Assembly (NCBI RefSeq): GCF_009914755.1 | Contig: NC_060935.1 | Direction: 5' to 3' (one strand) | Source: the human T2T-CHM13v2.0 reference genome, Homo sapiens | DNA: 64,000 nucleotides | In this document: positions 32,970 through 45,526 of the stretch, piece by piece | Layout of the letters: every line of letters starts with the position of its first letter | Position numbering within the stretch: position 1 is the stretch's first letter | The notes under the pieces: generated by a model | Told to the model about the DNA's origin: nothing | Databases searched by the model: none | The model's input: only the letters and a program-made list of their open reading frames with translations | Made by a program: the position numbers and the translations under genes

Positions 32970-33737
32970 ACAGTAAGGAAGTAGATGGGAGAAAGCTACT
33001 CTTTGTTGCACTGATATGTAGTTAAGTTCTAGTGCCTAAACAGAGTAAATCTTTAGCTTAATTGTGGGACAGTCATTGATCTCACAAAGGGATGGAGTTT
33101 GCTGAAGCCAGTTACCATAAGCTCCTAACGAGGAAAGATGATCTCAATGCATAAAAAGGGCTTTGACAGAAAGCTGTTCCTTTCTGCCTCCCTCCACCCT
33201 CCCTACCCCCAGATCCTGACAATGCTGTTTCTCTACATTCAAACCATTCCAGAGTATCCAGTGTTCTACCACCTCTTCTCCATTAAACTGATACAGCTCG
33301 TGTGATTCATCTTTATGTGAAGCTCAAGAGGAAATACTCAGATGCCACATACTCAGATAATTCATTTGAAGTTTCATGGTTTTGAATGGTAAATTGTTCT
33401 GATGACCTATGAGAGAAAAGCACTCCAATTTCTTTGAATGATTCTTCTTTAATGTCAGGATGCATTTTCACTCCTTCAGGCCACCAGGCTACAAAGTAGC
33501 AGGTTTTGTTGTTTTGCTGAGTACTGCTGTAGTGCTGCAATTTACACAGATGCAAAGCAGACAGTGATTAGGAATGTGTTTTGGCCTTATTAGTAAGACC
33601 TGTTAATTGGGTGATATAGGAGTGATTTCTTCCTATGGGTGGACTCCAGCAACATCCAAAAAAGAGAAAAAGTTCAAGCAGCCACAAGCACAGAGGAAGC
33701 TTTAAAATTAACCTGCCATGTGATAATTTGTTGATAG

Positions 33738-33924
33738 GTTGGTTACTGGAAAGACATGGAACAGGAAGATACAGCAGAAACAGTCAAAACTAGAGGGAAT
33801 GAGTCTTTCGTCATCCTAACAGGATTAGAAGGAAATACGTTATATCACTTCACAGTGAGGGCTTACAATGGAGCTGGATATGGGCCACCTAGCAGTGAAG
33901 TGAGTGCAACCACCAAGAAATCCC
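33738..33924 (+). CDS. CNTN5: Contactin-5 coding exon (C-terminal half of third FNIII): [62 protein letters not shown]
   Basis: gatAG acceptor, C|GTAAGT donor; 187 nt, phase 0 to 1; typical FNIII L..L..nT.Y.f.VrA.N.aG.Gp.S motif; N-glycosylation sequon NES. Confidence 0.97.
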
Positions 33925-34367
33925 GTAAGTGACCTGGGCTTTTTGTTTGTTTCAGACAAAGGGGAAACATCGTATAACATTTCTCAAAGCCACGTGAGGT
34001 GCATAATAAGCAGAGTCAAAGGGGAGTTTTGATTCATAGTCTTGCTTCAGTGCTTAGATCTGAATCCTCAAACTAGCTCAGAAAATTCTGCATTCAGAGT
34101 AGACAAAGGTTATCTTCCTGTGAAACAAGGCTAAGCGATTTTGACACAGAAGGGAGATAAAAGAATTCAAGTTCAAAAGCTCAGCAGAGTAGCTATTAAA
34201 ATGACACTCCTGGAGCAAAACCCTCCTTATCTGACTCCAGCTGGAAGGAAGCCTAGATTGCCAGCCAACTACTAAGCAGGAGAAAAGATTGAGATACTCA
34301 CAAAGAATTAAATGAAGAAATGTATTTAAGAATCCTTGTCAGTTCACTTTCACTTTTTATTTTGCAG

Positions 34368-34480
34368 CTCCTAGTCAAGCACCTAGCAACCTCAGGTGGG
34401 AGCAGCAAGGCTCTCAGGTTTCTCTGGGCTGGGAACCCGTCATACCATTAGCCAACGAATCTGAAGTTGTGGGTTACAAG
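34368..34480 (+). CDS. CNTN5: Contactin-5 coding exon (N-terminal half of fourth FNIII): [38 protein letters not shown]
   Basis: ctttttattttgcAG acceptor, AAG|GTCAGT donor; 113 nt, phase 1 to 0; in frame with both neighbours. Confidence 0.97.
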
Positions 34481-35426
34481 GTCAGTATTTCTTCACTCTT
34501 TTGCATAGATACTCATCTCCGAAATTGTTATTATGAAGATGGAAAATTAATAAGGCATAAAAAGACCCATTAACCAACCTATTTTTTCTCAGTCATTTTC
34601 TATCTGTATCTTAGAAAGATAGCCTTCCTATAGATAGAGAAGCCAAGGCAGTCAAAATTAGTTTCAACTGCACAAGGCACAGAAAGGGAAGGAGTAGGAA
34701 AAGTAGCGACAATCTGAATGTAGTGTGAAGATGACTCTGTGAAGCATGATATTAGGACCAGCAGAATTTAGGCAGAGAATTCTGGCATATTCTTCCAGGA
34801 GACTAACTTTGCTGGCAGCTGACAAATATGGGACCATTTCGTTTTAGTGGAAAGTCTTTCTATTAGCAAGGAAACAGAAGAACAAAAAAAATGTAAGGGC
34901 TAGAACACTAGAAAGAAAACAAAAAATCCAGGGAGAGACACAGCAAGCTCCAAAACAGAGCCAACATTCACATACAGTCATTCTGTTCTGTGACAGTAAG
35001 ATCTGGAAATTTGATAACATGTGCAATTTGTTTTTGAAAAATAACTTTGTTATCTGATTTTTAAATATATGTGATCTATGTATTGAATTGGCTTAATTTC
35101 AAATTCTTGTTCTATAATGTCAGATTCTGTTTGTTGCATTAAACTTCACACAGAATCATTAGTTGAATATTCACAATATTTTTAATATAATAAAATATAT
35201 TAAGTATAATATTTTAAAATATTTCAGTGATAATATTTCAACTGAAAGCTATCATTATAGGTGGGTTTTCAACTATCAGAGATGGTAACACAGTATTCAG
35301 TACATAAAATGCTAAAATTTAAGGAGCTAAAAACTGAAGAAGTTATAAATGGAATATTTTAATTTCCATTAATATTATATTACACAAACTAGCATTTGTT
35401 ACCTACTGTAATTAGGATAGATCACA

Positions 35427-35428
<2 letters not shown>

Positions 35429-35458
<30 letters not shown>
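35429..35458 (+). repeat. (CA)15 microsatellite
   Basis: Uninterrupted CA dinucleotide run. Confidence 0.95.
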
Positions 35459-35459
<1 letters not shown>

Positions 35460-37694
35460 GTCCATCAGTAATGGTCGGGAATATTGAATTTGATCTTTTG
35501 CAGGGAGTGCAGATGGGTCATTTTCTATACCATTCCCTTACTCCTCTTTCCATACCCTTCCCCAAAAGACCATATCCTCACAACTTCTCCTCTTAGGGAA
35601 ATATACTGTTTAATGCTTAGGGATAGCAGGCGAGAAATATGATAGACCATTCAGGAACCAATCTAATATCATTAGAACTATGATGAACAATATCCCAAAC
35701 TGGAGAGGCAAAGTAGAATGCAAGAGAAAACCAGATAAACGTGTATGGTCAAGTGGAAGGCTCATATGGTTTAGGTACCTTTCAAGTGAGAATAGAGAAA
35801 TACTATATAACTAGAAAAATACTCTATTGAGCTTGGGTGTAGGGATCCCAGGCTAGGTGCCACTACTCTTTGTTCACATTTGACACCTCTTTCCCAGTCA
35901 TTGTTCTTACTTTTTATATATGACTGTCTCCCCAAACAGACTGAAGTCCTCAAAGGCAAGGACTTTATCTTACTTATTTCTTGTTCCTAATGTTTCTAGA
36001 ATGGATGACTAACGTTGGCCCAGATAGAAATGTCTTATGCAGTTATTTATATATGTGTATTATCAAATATGTATTTTTTTCTAGCATAACCTTGCCATTT
36101 GTTGTTGCTTAGAGGAAAAAATATCACTGGCCACTGATTCAGACAGATTTTAGTTCAAATCCTAGTTGAGTAATTTAAGTAAGTTGTTTAAACTTTATCA
36201 GTTTTATTTTCTTAACTTCACAAATGGCAGAAATAGCAATAATAATACATATTATACAGGATTTTCTAAAGAATAATTTGTATAAAATGCTTGGCATATA
36301 AAATGTTCTCATTAAAAAACAGATACCATTTCTTAGTGTTGTTGGAGGAGCATGTCTCATTAGGTACAATTTTTAAAATTTTAACAAAGAAACTGATCGT
36401 TAAAAGTTGCCTGCCAGTTCCCTCTTAATAAAGATATCACAAGTCATGTTGGAATACCTTGTTGCTGAGGGAAGAATCACTAGCATAGTCCATTTTAGTT
36501 GTGTAAATTAATGACAAGTAGGCACACATTGCAAAAGATATTTTTTTCCTTTTATTTTCTTGAAATGGTTGCACTTCCTTATATCCCTGAGAAGGAAGAA
36601 TTGATTCGTATAAAAGGAGTCTGCTGATAACAAATGGAGTGAGACCTCAAAACCTTCTCCTTTGCAACTAAACCTTATCGGAACCTTTCTGATGAGTGGG
36701 ATGATCCCCACTGAGAGAACTGCTGACAGGAAAGGCTTCCTGAGGGAAAGGGGACTTCAGACTGGACTGGGCTTAACCCAGAGTTTGGATTCTCCTCAGA
36801 ACGCGGGTTTTCACAGGGCAGCCAAGGATGAAAGCTCCTCCTGACACAATGGGACAGGAATATATATTTAGAAATAATAGCTGAGAATATAAACTAAAGA
36901 GCTATAACCCAGAGAACACAAGCTTGGAGCCCGTCTTCTGAGTATGACGTTGAAGACAGCTACTGCACCCTTGGCAAGGATCCCCACACAGCAGTGAAAG
37001 AACTGTACCATCTGAAGGTGCACACTAATATAGAATGACCAGGGCTGGGCATGATACTCAGAAGGAGAATCCTTTTGATTCCTACTACATCCCAAAAATT
37101 ACTGCCAACCAAGAGTGGCACCACTATAATAGCGGGCCACCTCTTCTTAAGCACAATGTGTGTCACTTACAAAAATTAATAAAATAGGGACACAGGACAC
37201 TAATCATTTCTCTTCCCACAAGGTAGTTTGAGGCGGGCTTGACCCATTAAAACTGAACTTGCCCCTAGGATTCTTGGAACATTTGAAGCAGAAAACTTCT
37301 TGCTCATCGGGGAAAGGGAGAGTTTCCATACTTAATTGGAATATTAAAAAGGGAGGTCACTTAATTTTCACTCTTTGTCTTTGCAAACTACTTCACTTTT
37401 GCAAGCAGAAAGGATCACTGGAAATGCATATTGTGTGGAGGTTTGAGGCTGAGAACTTGGGATTAATGCCTGAGGTTTAAAATGCAGGGAATATATATTC
37501 CACCTTTTACATTAAGTCCAGTTTAAGATTGAAGAATTCAGAAAAGTATTTATCTGGGAGACTTCTAGGTTGTGAAAGTTATTGAAACATAATAAATGCA
37601 GAGGAAAAAGTAGATATTTTCCCCATATATTCAGTGCATAAATAATGTAATAAATGATTCTTTTGTATAGTTAAGCTGCTATATACAGGATAGA

Positions 37695-38070
37695 CATTCT
37701 GAAAAAGTGCACTAGAAACTGGATCTCATAAAGATAGAGACTGGTGGTTATCAGAGGCCAGGAAGGGGAAAGGAGAGTGAGGAACAAAGAGAGCTTAATC
37801 CATGGGTACAAATATACTATAAGATAGAAGAAATAAGATCTGGTGTTTGATAGATCAGAAGGGTGACTATAGTTAATAATCTATTGTACACTTCAAAATA
37901 GCTAGATGAGAATAATTTGAGTGTTCTTAGCATAAACAATGATAAATATTTAAGGTAATGGATAACCCAATTACCCTGATTTGATCTTTACACATCATAC
38001 ACATGTATCAAATTATCATATTACCCTGAAAATATATACATCTATTATGTATCAATAAAAAATTTAAAAA
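37695..38070 (+). mobile_element. L1MA 3' end fragment
   Basis: ggatctcataaagatagagactggtggttatcagaggc...caattaccctgatttgatc...tgtatcaataaaaaa. Confidence 0.8.
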
Positions 38071-38351
38071 GTAAATGATATAAAGGAATAATACATTGTC
38101 CTTTAATCTTTAGTAGTTGAACTCCTTTCAGGCAGATAAATGTGCATTAATACCTCTAGGAATTTTAAAATTTATTTTGCCATTTTCCATGGAATATAAT
38201 AAGAACACTATAAAAAATATATCAGTACATTATAAAATTTTAAAGCTTATATTAATAAAGTAATTGTAATCTTGAAAAGTAAACTATAGAAATAGCACAA
38301 GATAAAACAGCAGAATTTGACATTTGAGCTCCCCATTGTCCAAGAAAGCAC

Positions 38352-38741
38352 TGTCTTAGTCCTTTTGCGCTGTTATAACAGATATCTGGGACTGGGTTAT
38401 TTATAAAAAACAAAAATTTACTTCTCTCAGTTCTGAAGGCTGAGATGCCCAAGATCAAGGCTCCAGCAAATTCTGTGTCTGATGAGGGTCCACTTTTGGT
38501 TTCCACAATGGTGACTTGAAAGCAGTATCCTCAAGAGGGGAGGAACACCGTGTCCTCACTTGGCAGAAGGCGGAAGTGCAAAAGGGCCAACAACCACGAG
38601 AAGCCTCTTTTATAAGGGCATTGATCATACTCATGAAAGGAGAAGTCCTTGTGATACAATCACCTGTTAAGGGCCCCACCTCTTAATACTATCACACTGG
38701 CAACACCTGAATTCTGCAGGGGACACATTAAAACCATAGCA
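38352..38741 (-). mobile_element. MaLR solo LTR (MST/MLT1A-like)
   Basis: tgtcttagtcc...gctgttataacagatatctgggactggg...cagttctgaaggctgaga...aaaccatagca. Confidence 0.8.
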
Positions 38742-40046
38742 GCATAGATCTTACTTTCTTACTCGATTTCAGACATTGAGGTGTCAGCAACATATATAAC
38801 TAGCAGATATTACTAGAGAAAGATGATAACAGAAATTTTGCTAACAGATATTAAAAAAAAAAAAGAGGTTTCCCTATCACAAAATCTTGTCAGGGCCTTC
38901 AAAGTGACCAAGAATATCATGAAAGATAGATGGAATTGAACCACATATAATTGCACAATAGGTAACACATTAAAACTGAATTCATTTAGGTGAACATTAA
39001 GCAGTACCTAGTGGTGAAACTTTCCACTGATTTTTTTTTGAGATTGTCTATGAGATGCTGGGCTTCTTGGAATTTTGTTTAAGAAATCCAGATTTAATAG
39101 TAATAATTTCAAGATATCATAGTTTTCACTAACAAGTAAGGACTAAAAGCATAGAGAACCAGCAAGATGTTGGAAAGGATTGTCTGTTATACCAAATAAT
39201 AATACAAATAATTTCCACTCAAAATAACTTTCCATTTGAGAAGCTGAATCCAATTTGGTAATTTATTTAGCATATTTATGACTTTTCTTCAGGTCAATAA
39301 ACATGTGCCACTTTATTTTGTTGTATTTACATTCCCCAATTCAGAATCAACTGCCTATTTTATTAATACATTATATATAAATGATTGGGAAAATGAAACA
39401 AAAACTTCAAATCAAAGTTTTCTTACCTTGACTTATTTTTTCAAATAAATGTTTTTAAACAAATAAAATTTTATTTTTACAACTCCTATAATTTGGGGTC
39501 TCTATCTAGAATCCTTACTAATTATAGCACGTAAGACTCACCATTACTGGTGTTACTAAAGAAATGCCAAAAAAGCTTATTGACTAAAGTATATTCAGCC
39601 ATAATTTTTAATGATCTCAAAAATGGAAAATATTTTTCTTTACACGATGAAAGTAATTTACCCAGGTTATAAAGTAAAAACAACCATTTTATCTCCACCT
39701 TATTTTCTTCACACAGACTTATGCTTGAGTGAAAGGGAAAATAAAACTCAATGTTCAGGGGCTATGCTTTCACTTCAGCAAATGTCCCCTTCCCCACAAA
39801 CAAAAACTGTTATCCCTTCAGAAAAGACACAAGCAGTCAGAAAGAATTCAGGACCTCAGGCTATAATCCAAGCAAAAACTATTAGTTTTCAAATCTGTAT
39901 CTAGAAAATAGCCTTTCCTAGATATACAACCCCTTCACCAAATATCTCCCCTCACCCATATCTACTTTCTACCTGTTAACAGAGCTAGGGCAAATAGAAG
40001 GAAATCAGGCCCAAAGTTTACTAGTTATTATACAGTCCATCAATAC

Positions 40047-40405
40047 CGTAATAGTCCATTTTCACATTGCTAATAAAGTCATTCCTGAGACTGAGCAATT
40101 TGTAAAAGAAAGAGTTTTAATGGACTCACAGTTCCACGTGGCTGGAGAGGCCTCACGATCACGGCGGAAGGTGAAAGGAACGTCTCACATGGCAGCAGAC
40201 AAGAGAAGAGAACTTGTGCAGGGAAACTCCCCTTTATAAAACCATCAGATCTCATGAGACTTACTCACTATCATGAGAATAGCACGGGAAAGACCTGTCC
40301 CCATGATTCAGTTACCTCCCACCAGGTCCCTCCCATAACATGTGGGCATTGTGGGAACTACAATTCAAGAAGAGATATGGGTGAGAACACAGCCAAACCA
40401 TATCA
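40047..40405 (-). mobile_element. THE1B-like MaLR solo LTR
   Basis: gactcacagttccacgtggctgg...cacatggcagcagacaagagaagag...cacagccaaaccatatca; perfect 5-bp TSD AATAC (40042-40046, 40406-40410). Confidence 0.9.
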
Positions 40406-43400
40406 AATACAAACAGAGGTTCTCATTTGTTTATGCAACTTAGATATCAGTTGAGATTCCAGATTCCTGAGATATATGTACACTTGGGTTGATACTGTTT
40501 TACATACCCACTAGAACTTTGAAGCCCATCCCTGTATTTCTCTAGCTTCTTGGGAACTGTATAGTCTATAGCCACTCTAGCCTCTGATTTCTTTTATTTT
40601 GTAGCTCCTCCTTCATCTTATATTCACTCTAAATAGGAGACTCAGCCTTCTTTTCTCTGTTTCCACAAATTAAAAAGACTCACATATAATGACTTAAGCT
40701 GGAAGATAGGTACATGAGGTTCATTATAGTATCCTCTTTACATTCATTTATGCCTGAAATTTCTCAGAATTTTTAATAATTGAAATAGAAATGGCTCATG
40801 TCACATGCAGTATATATATGAAGCTGACTTTTTGGAAATGCTGGGGAGATAGAGTTAGAAAGGAACAACATGCAAGCAAACATCTGCAACATGCCCAAAA
40901 AGAAATCTTGTTGTTAAAATTGTGTTCAGACACCCTGCAGGCAGTGAATTCTCACTGATACTGTGTCTCCCAACTTCTATTCATCTAACTTCCATTGTCT
41001 TACTGACTCCTTCCTTCCCATCCCATTGTCACCGAGGCTTTAGATTCCTCACCCTTTTTATGAAGAGCAGTTGTACCCATCAATTCTTCCGAAGATGCTC
41101 AGCAGAGGAATAGGCCTTTCCTTTAATATGAGCCATCCCTCTCAGGAGTAGTTTGGGTATAACCAGCAAAAATTTATTCTGTCATATTTTTAGCACACTC
41201 TCCTCAATATTCTACTACCATCAAACATATAGAATAGCCATTTTCAGATCATGCCTTTGAGAATAGCAATACCACAATCACTTTCTATTTAGGATCATCT
41301 CTTTAGATAACCCACTGCTCTCAGTTTTTTTTTTAATACCAAAATTTGAGAATAGTCTTGACAATACATTAGACAATTTTCTTTATGCATAAACATAGCT
41401 GTCATTGCAACTGTCAATCTATAAATGTCCATATTCTCTAAGAACTCTCTGGACTCCTTACTGTCAATAACTATTTTTTTCTATGTCTTGATAACTTCTT
41501 AACCTTCTCATAGTTCTCATTCTCATGCATCTTTTCTAAATCAGGATTTTAAAATGAGCCAACATTCTCTAAAGCACTGAAGATTAACTATTAATTTAAT
41601 GTATCTTTTTACTTAGTAGATCTACATATATGTATAGCACTCCATCTCCCTGGATATATTGGCAAAAGGCCACACTTAATCTCAAACTCGTTTTGACACC
41701 ACTAACTGATTTTTTCCCCGTCTTTACCTCTTAATCCTAAATCTCAACTGATCCACAAATTTTTCTTCAACTCTAGAACATTAGATATGCATTGCTGGAT
41801 GTATTTTTCTTTGTCATAAGAAATGTAATTTATTGAACCATAATAACACTGTCCTCTAAAATAATCACTCCCCTGCCAATCCTCACCAATTTACATACTT
41901 TCCCATTCCCATAAATTTGCTTTCTAATTACCTCACATGGATGATCAGAATTCTAATTCATCACGATGCTCCAGACGAAATCAAAAGCATACAGATATAT
42001 TTGTCACATTTTAAGACAAAAGAAGCTGCTTAAGGCATCCTCCAGGAAGTGTTCCTGATTTCCCCAATCTTGACTAAGTACCCACTTTGTGCATTACCAT
42101 AGCATCAAATATATTTCCCGCTGCAGTGCATATCACACTTCTTTGCATTGTCTGTCTGTCTTCAATATTAGACTATAAATGCCAGGAAGACTGTAACCAT
42201 GTGGTCTTATTCTCTGATGAATCTCCGGTATGTAGTACTATGCCTGGCCTGCATGAGATGTCCAATAAATGTTTGATAATGCTGTTATCACCTTGCATTT
42301 ACACTGAGGCTATAGCATCCTTCACAATAAGGATTTCCATAGATAAAATTGTTGCACATCATAATTAAATGGAGAATTCACTTCCCTCCCAAGAACATGA
42401 AGTAGATTTAAAATTAAATGAAAAAAAAGAAAGTGAAATGGAGGGAGCATTTATTACTAGAATTCAGAGGGTTCAAGTACACGCAGGCTTCAATATGTGG
42501 AAATATTGCTTCTCTAAAGTATTTTTGGATTTTTTTGTATGTAAGTTAATTCAAGCTCAAAACACATTTTCTGTAAGAAAATATATGTCAATAATTATCT
42601 AATTTCCCAAGTCAGTTCATATTTTATGATGCACTTGAAATACCAACCCTTTAACAGTTAATAAACAATGATGGCAACAGAAGGAGTAGCTTTCTCTTTT
42701 TAAGCTTATCATACACCAGGTCCTGTGCTAGGTATTCTACAGGCGCTTTCTCATTTTACTCCCCTAAAACACTAAAATTGTTATTATCATCTCTATCATA
42801 CAGTAGAATAAATTGAAGTTTACAAAATTTAGTAACTTGCCCAAATTTTCCCAGCCAGGAAGGTATAGGAGATTTTGTTTTCTTTTGCTATGTTTTGTAG
42901 GAAACTGTTTCATATCCAGATCTGTATGAATACAAAGCCATTTTTCTTTCCATTGTACACTTATAATACCAATTATGAAAAAGCACAAAAAACAGTGACT
43001 CTGAATAAAAACACATTTAAACACATCTTAACTGCCACTACTTGACTATTATACCAAAAATTTTACTTGACTATTTTTGGAGGCAAGTAATAGTACAATA
43101 TAGTAAAATAGCTCTGAAGTGATGATCAAATATAAATCTTCTGATGAGATTTCTACCCTAACTAGCCACACGGTCTTGTACAAGTCACCTAACCTTTATG
43201 GCCTTCATTTTCTAATATGTAAACCCAGGATTATCCTGTGTCCTGATTTGCAGTTCCAAAATTGTTTTCCGTGCATGTATGTTTAATTATAATACCACAA
43301 CAGATGTCTAAAAAGCTTTAGCTTTGCTACACCATGTATCCAAATGCCGATTTTACCAAAAAGCAAACCACTACAAAAGCAAAAATTAAAAAAATAAAAT

Positions 43401-43519
43401 TTTCACTTTCAACTGTTTCCTACATTGTTAAGGATTTATTATTGGTATGTTTAACAAATTTTGTTTACTCCTTTCAAACTATTTGAAGATGAGCTTTCCA
43501 AACTTCCTTAGGATATTTC

Positions 43520-43935
43520 AATAACCAAGCATAACAGACTCTCCATGATCTGCCTCCTCTCTACCTACTTCTCTAGCCTCATTCCTCACTATTCCCATAT
43601 ATCCCCTCTCCATTCCCTGCTCTCATGCCATTGTTTCTTATTGCTTAGATGTAGTTATTAATTTTATCTTACCTCTTTCTGGAATTCTCCCTTTCTCAAA
43701 CTGGTCCACTCTATCATATTTAAGTATGTAGTTCAGACATCACTTCCTCTGGAAGTCCTTCACTAAACCCCTAGACAAAATTAAACTCTCTCCTGTACCT
43801 CCATGGCCCTTTTGTGTACTTCTACTGCAGTAGACTGCACATGTATTACATTTGCTTATGTATCTGTCTAAACTGTAAGCTCCTTGTGCTTATCTCAGAA
43901 TGTGACACATAGTAGGCAGTCAATGTGCATTTGTA
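43520..43935 (+). mobile_element. L2 LINE 3' portion just upstream of the exon at 43977
   Basis: cagacatcacttcctctggaagtccttc...aactgtaagctcc...gacacatagtaggcagtcaatg. Confidence 0.6.
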
Positions 43936-43976
43936 ATCTTTCATATCAAATGTCTAAACCTTGTTATTACTCTCAG

Positions 43977-44145
43977 GTTTTTTATAGGCAAGAGGGTCAC
44001 AGCAACAGCCAAGTTATTGAAACACAGAAACTTCAAGCAGTAGTACCACTCCCAGATGCTGGAGTCTATATTATTGAAGTTCGAGCATATAGTGAAGGAG
44101 GAGATGGAACAGCTAGTTCTCAAATTAGGGTACCATCATATTCAG
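43977..44145 (+). CDS. CNTN5: Contactin-5 coding exon (C-terminal half of fourth FNIII): [56 protein letters not shown]
   Basis: ttactctcAG acceptor, CAG|GTAAGT donor; 169 nt, phase 0 to 1; lies within ORF-track entry 43884..44156. Confidence 0.97.
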
Positions 44146-45287
44146 GTAAGTTTTGACACAGTAGATTTAATTTGCTGACAACCAACAATTACGAGATGGT
44201 ATGAAAGTCACGAAAATTGATGTGATAGATTTCATGGTTCAGAGATTTTGAGGGATTTCTCCTCTCTGATTTTTATATTATCTTCTGATTAATATGAACC
44301 ATAGTAATCTGCTCACAATTGCAGAATTTCTACAAATCTAGAAAGGAGTTGACATTTTCATTAGAATATACTGATTTGTGAAATGTCCTTGCCTCTCCTG
44401 GTCTCAAGCAGTACCTTGCTAGCCATTTGGTTTTTGGAGTATAGCTTTTAAACTGATATTACACTGGTTTTGACATACCTACATTTCTGTAGTTTTGATT
44501 GCCTTTATTGTTAGACAATAAGGAATTTAAAGAGAAGCTTTTAAAATTGAAATGTGACCATATTTATTGATTTCTAAACAAATTATAAATTTTATTGTAC
44601 ATTATTATTAACAATATTAATAATTGCTAGCTTTCACTGACCCTTATTATATGTCAGGCATGGTCAAAAGTGCTTTACATACATCATCTAAGTTTAGTAA
44701 CAATCATATGAGATAGGTGACATTTTTACTGTTTTGCAGAAAACATTTAAGTAACTTGCCTAAGACCACACTATTACTAAGTTTCGGAACCAGGATCAAA
44801 ACCTGCGTATGATTGTCTCCAAAACCACATATCTCCATCACCACCATCATTATTACATAAGCAAGGGAAAACTGATTAAAGGAAGCAAGATTTTAGAAAT
44901 TTAGAAGAAAGCAACCATTTCGTAGAGATAGTAAAAAAAAAAAAAAAAAAGCAAAAATTAGGCAAATTTCTAATTTTAAAAGTATTAGACAATTTTATGA
45001 GAACATTATGAAACATTTTCTCATGTACAATTAGTGGGTAATTAGGAACATCATTTGTTGAGCAATCATTGCCAAGCAGAATTATCAACCTACAGGGAAG
45101 TGTCCCGTCATGCTCTGTATGTGGCCCTATGTTATTTAACGTATTTATCAACTTGAAGTCAGACCAGAGGCATTGCTTGTGATTTTTTTTTTTATGCCAC
45201 CAAGTGAAATGGGAGATAAATACAGTGTAGAAAAGAATGAGACAGACTGGAACTTTGAGGAAAAGCTACTGACATAATACTTGATAA

Positions 45288-45526
45288 TTTTTTTAACTTT
45301 TTAAGTTCAGGGGTACATGTGCAGGTTTGTTACACAGGTAAACTTAAACTTGTGTCATGGGGTTTTGTTGTTCAGATTATTTCATCACCCAGGTATTAAG
45401 CCTAGTACCCATTAGTTATTTTTCCTGATCCTCTCCCTCCTCCCAACCTCCACCCTCTGATAGGCCCTAGCGTGTACTGGTCCCCTCTATATGTCCATGT
45501 GTTCTCATAATTTAGCTGCCACTTAC
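45288..45526 (-). mobile_element. Very short (~240 bp) 5'-truncated old L1PA 3' end
   Basis: ttcaggggtacatgtgcaggtttgttacacaggtaaac...tttagctgccactta; 12-bp TSD aatacttgataa at 45276-45287 and 45527-45538. Confidence 0.88.

Noticed and set aside
43884-43976. N-terminal extension of ORF 43884..44156
   Set aside because: Intronic L2-derived sequence upstream of the AG acceptor; open by chance, with a non-ATG start.
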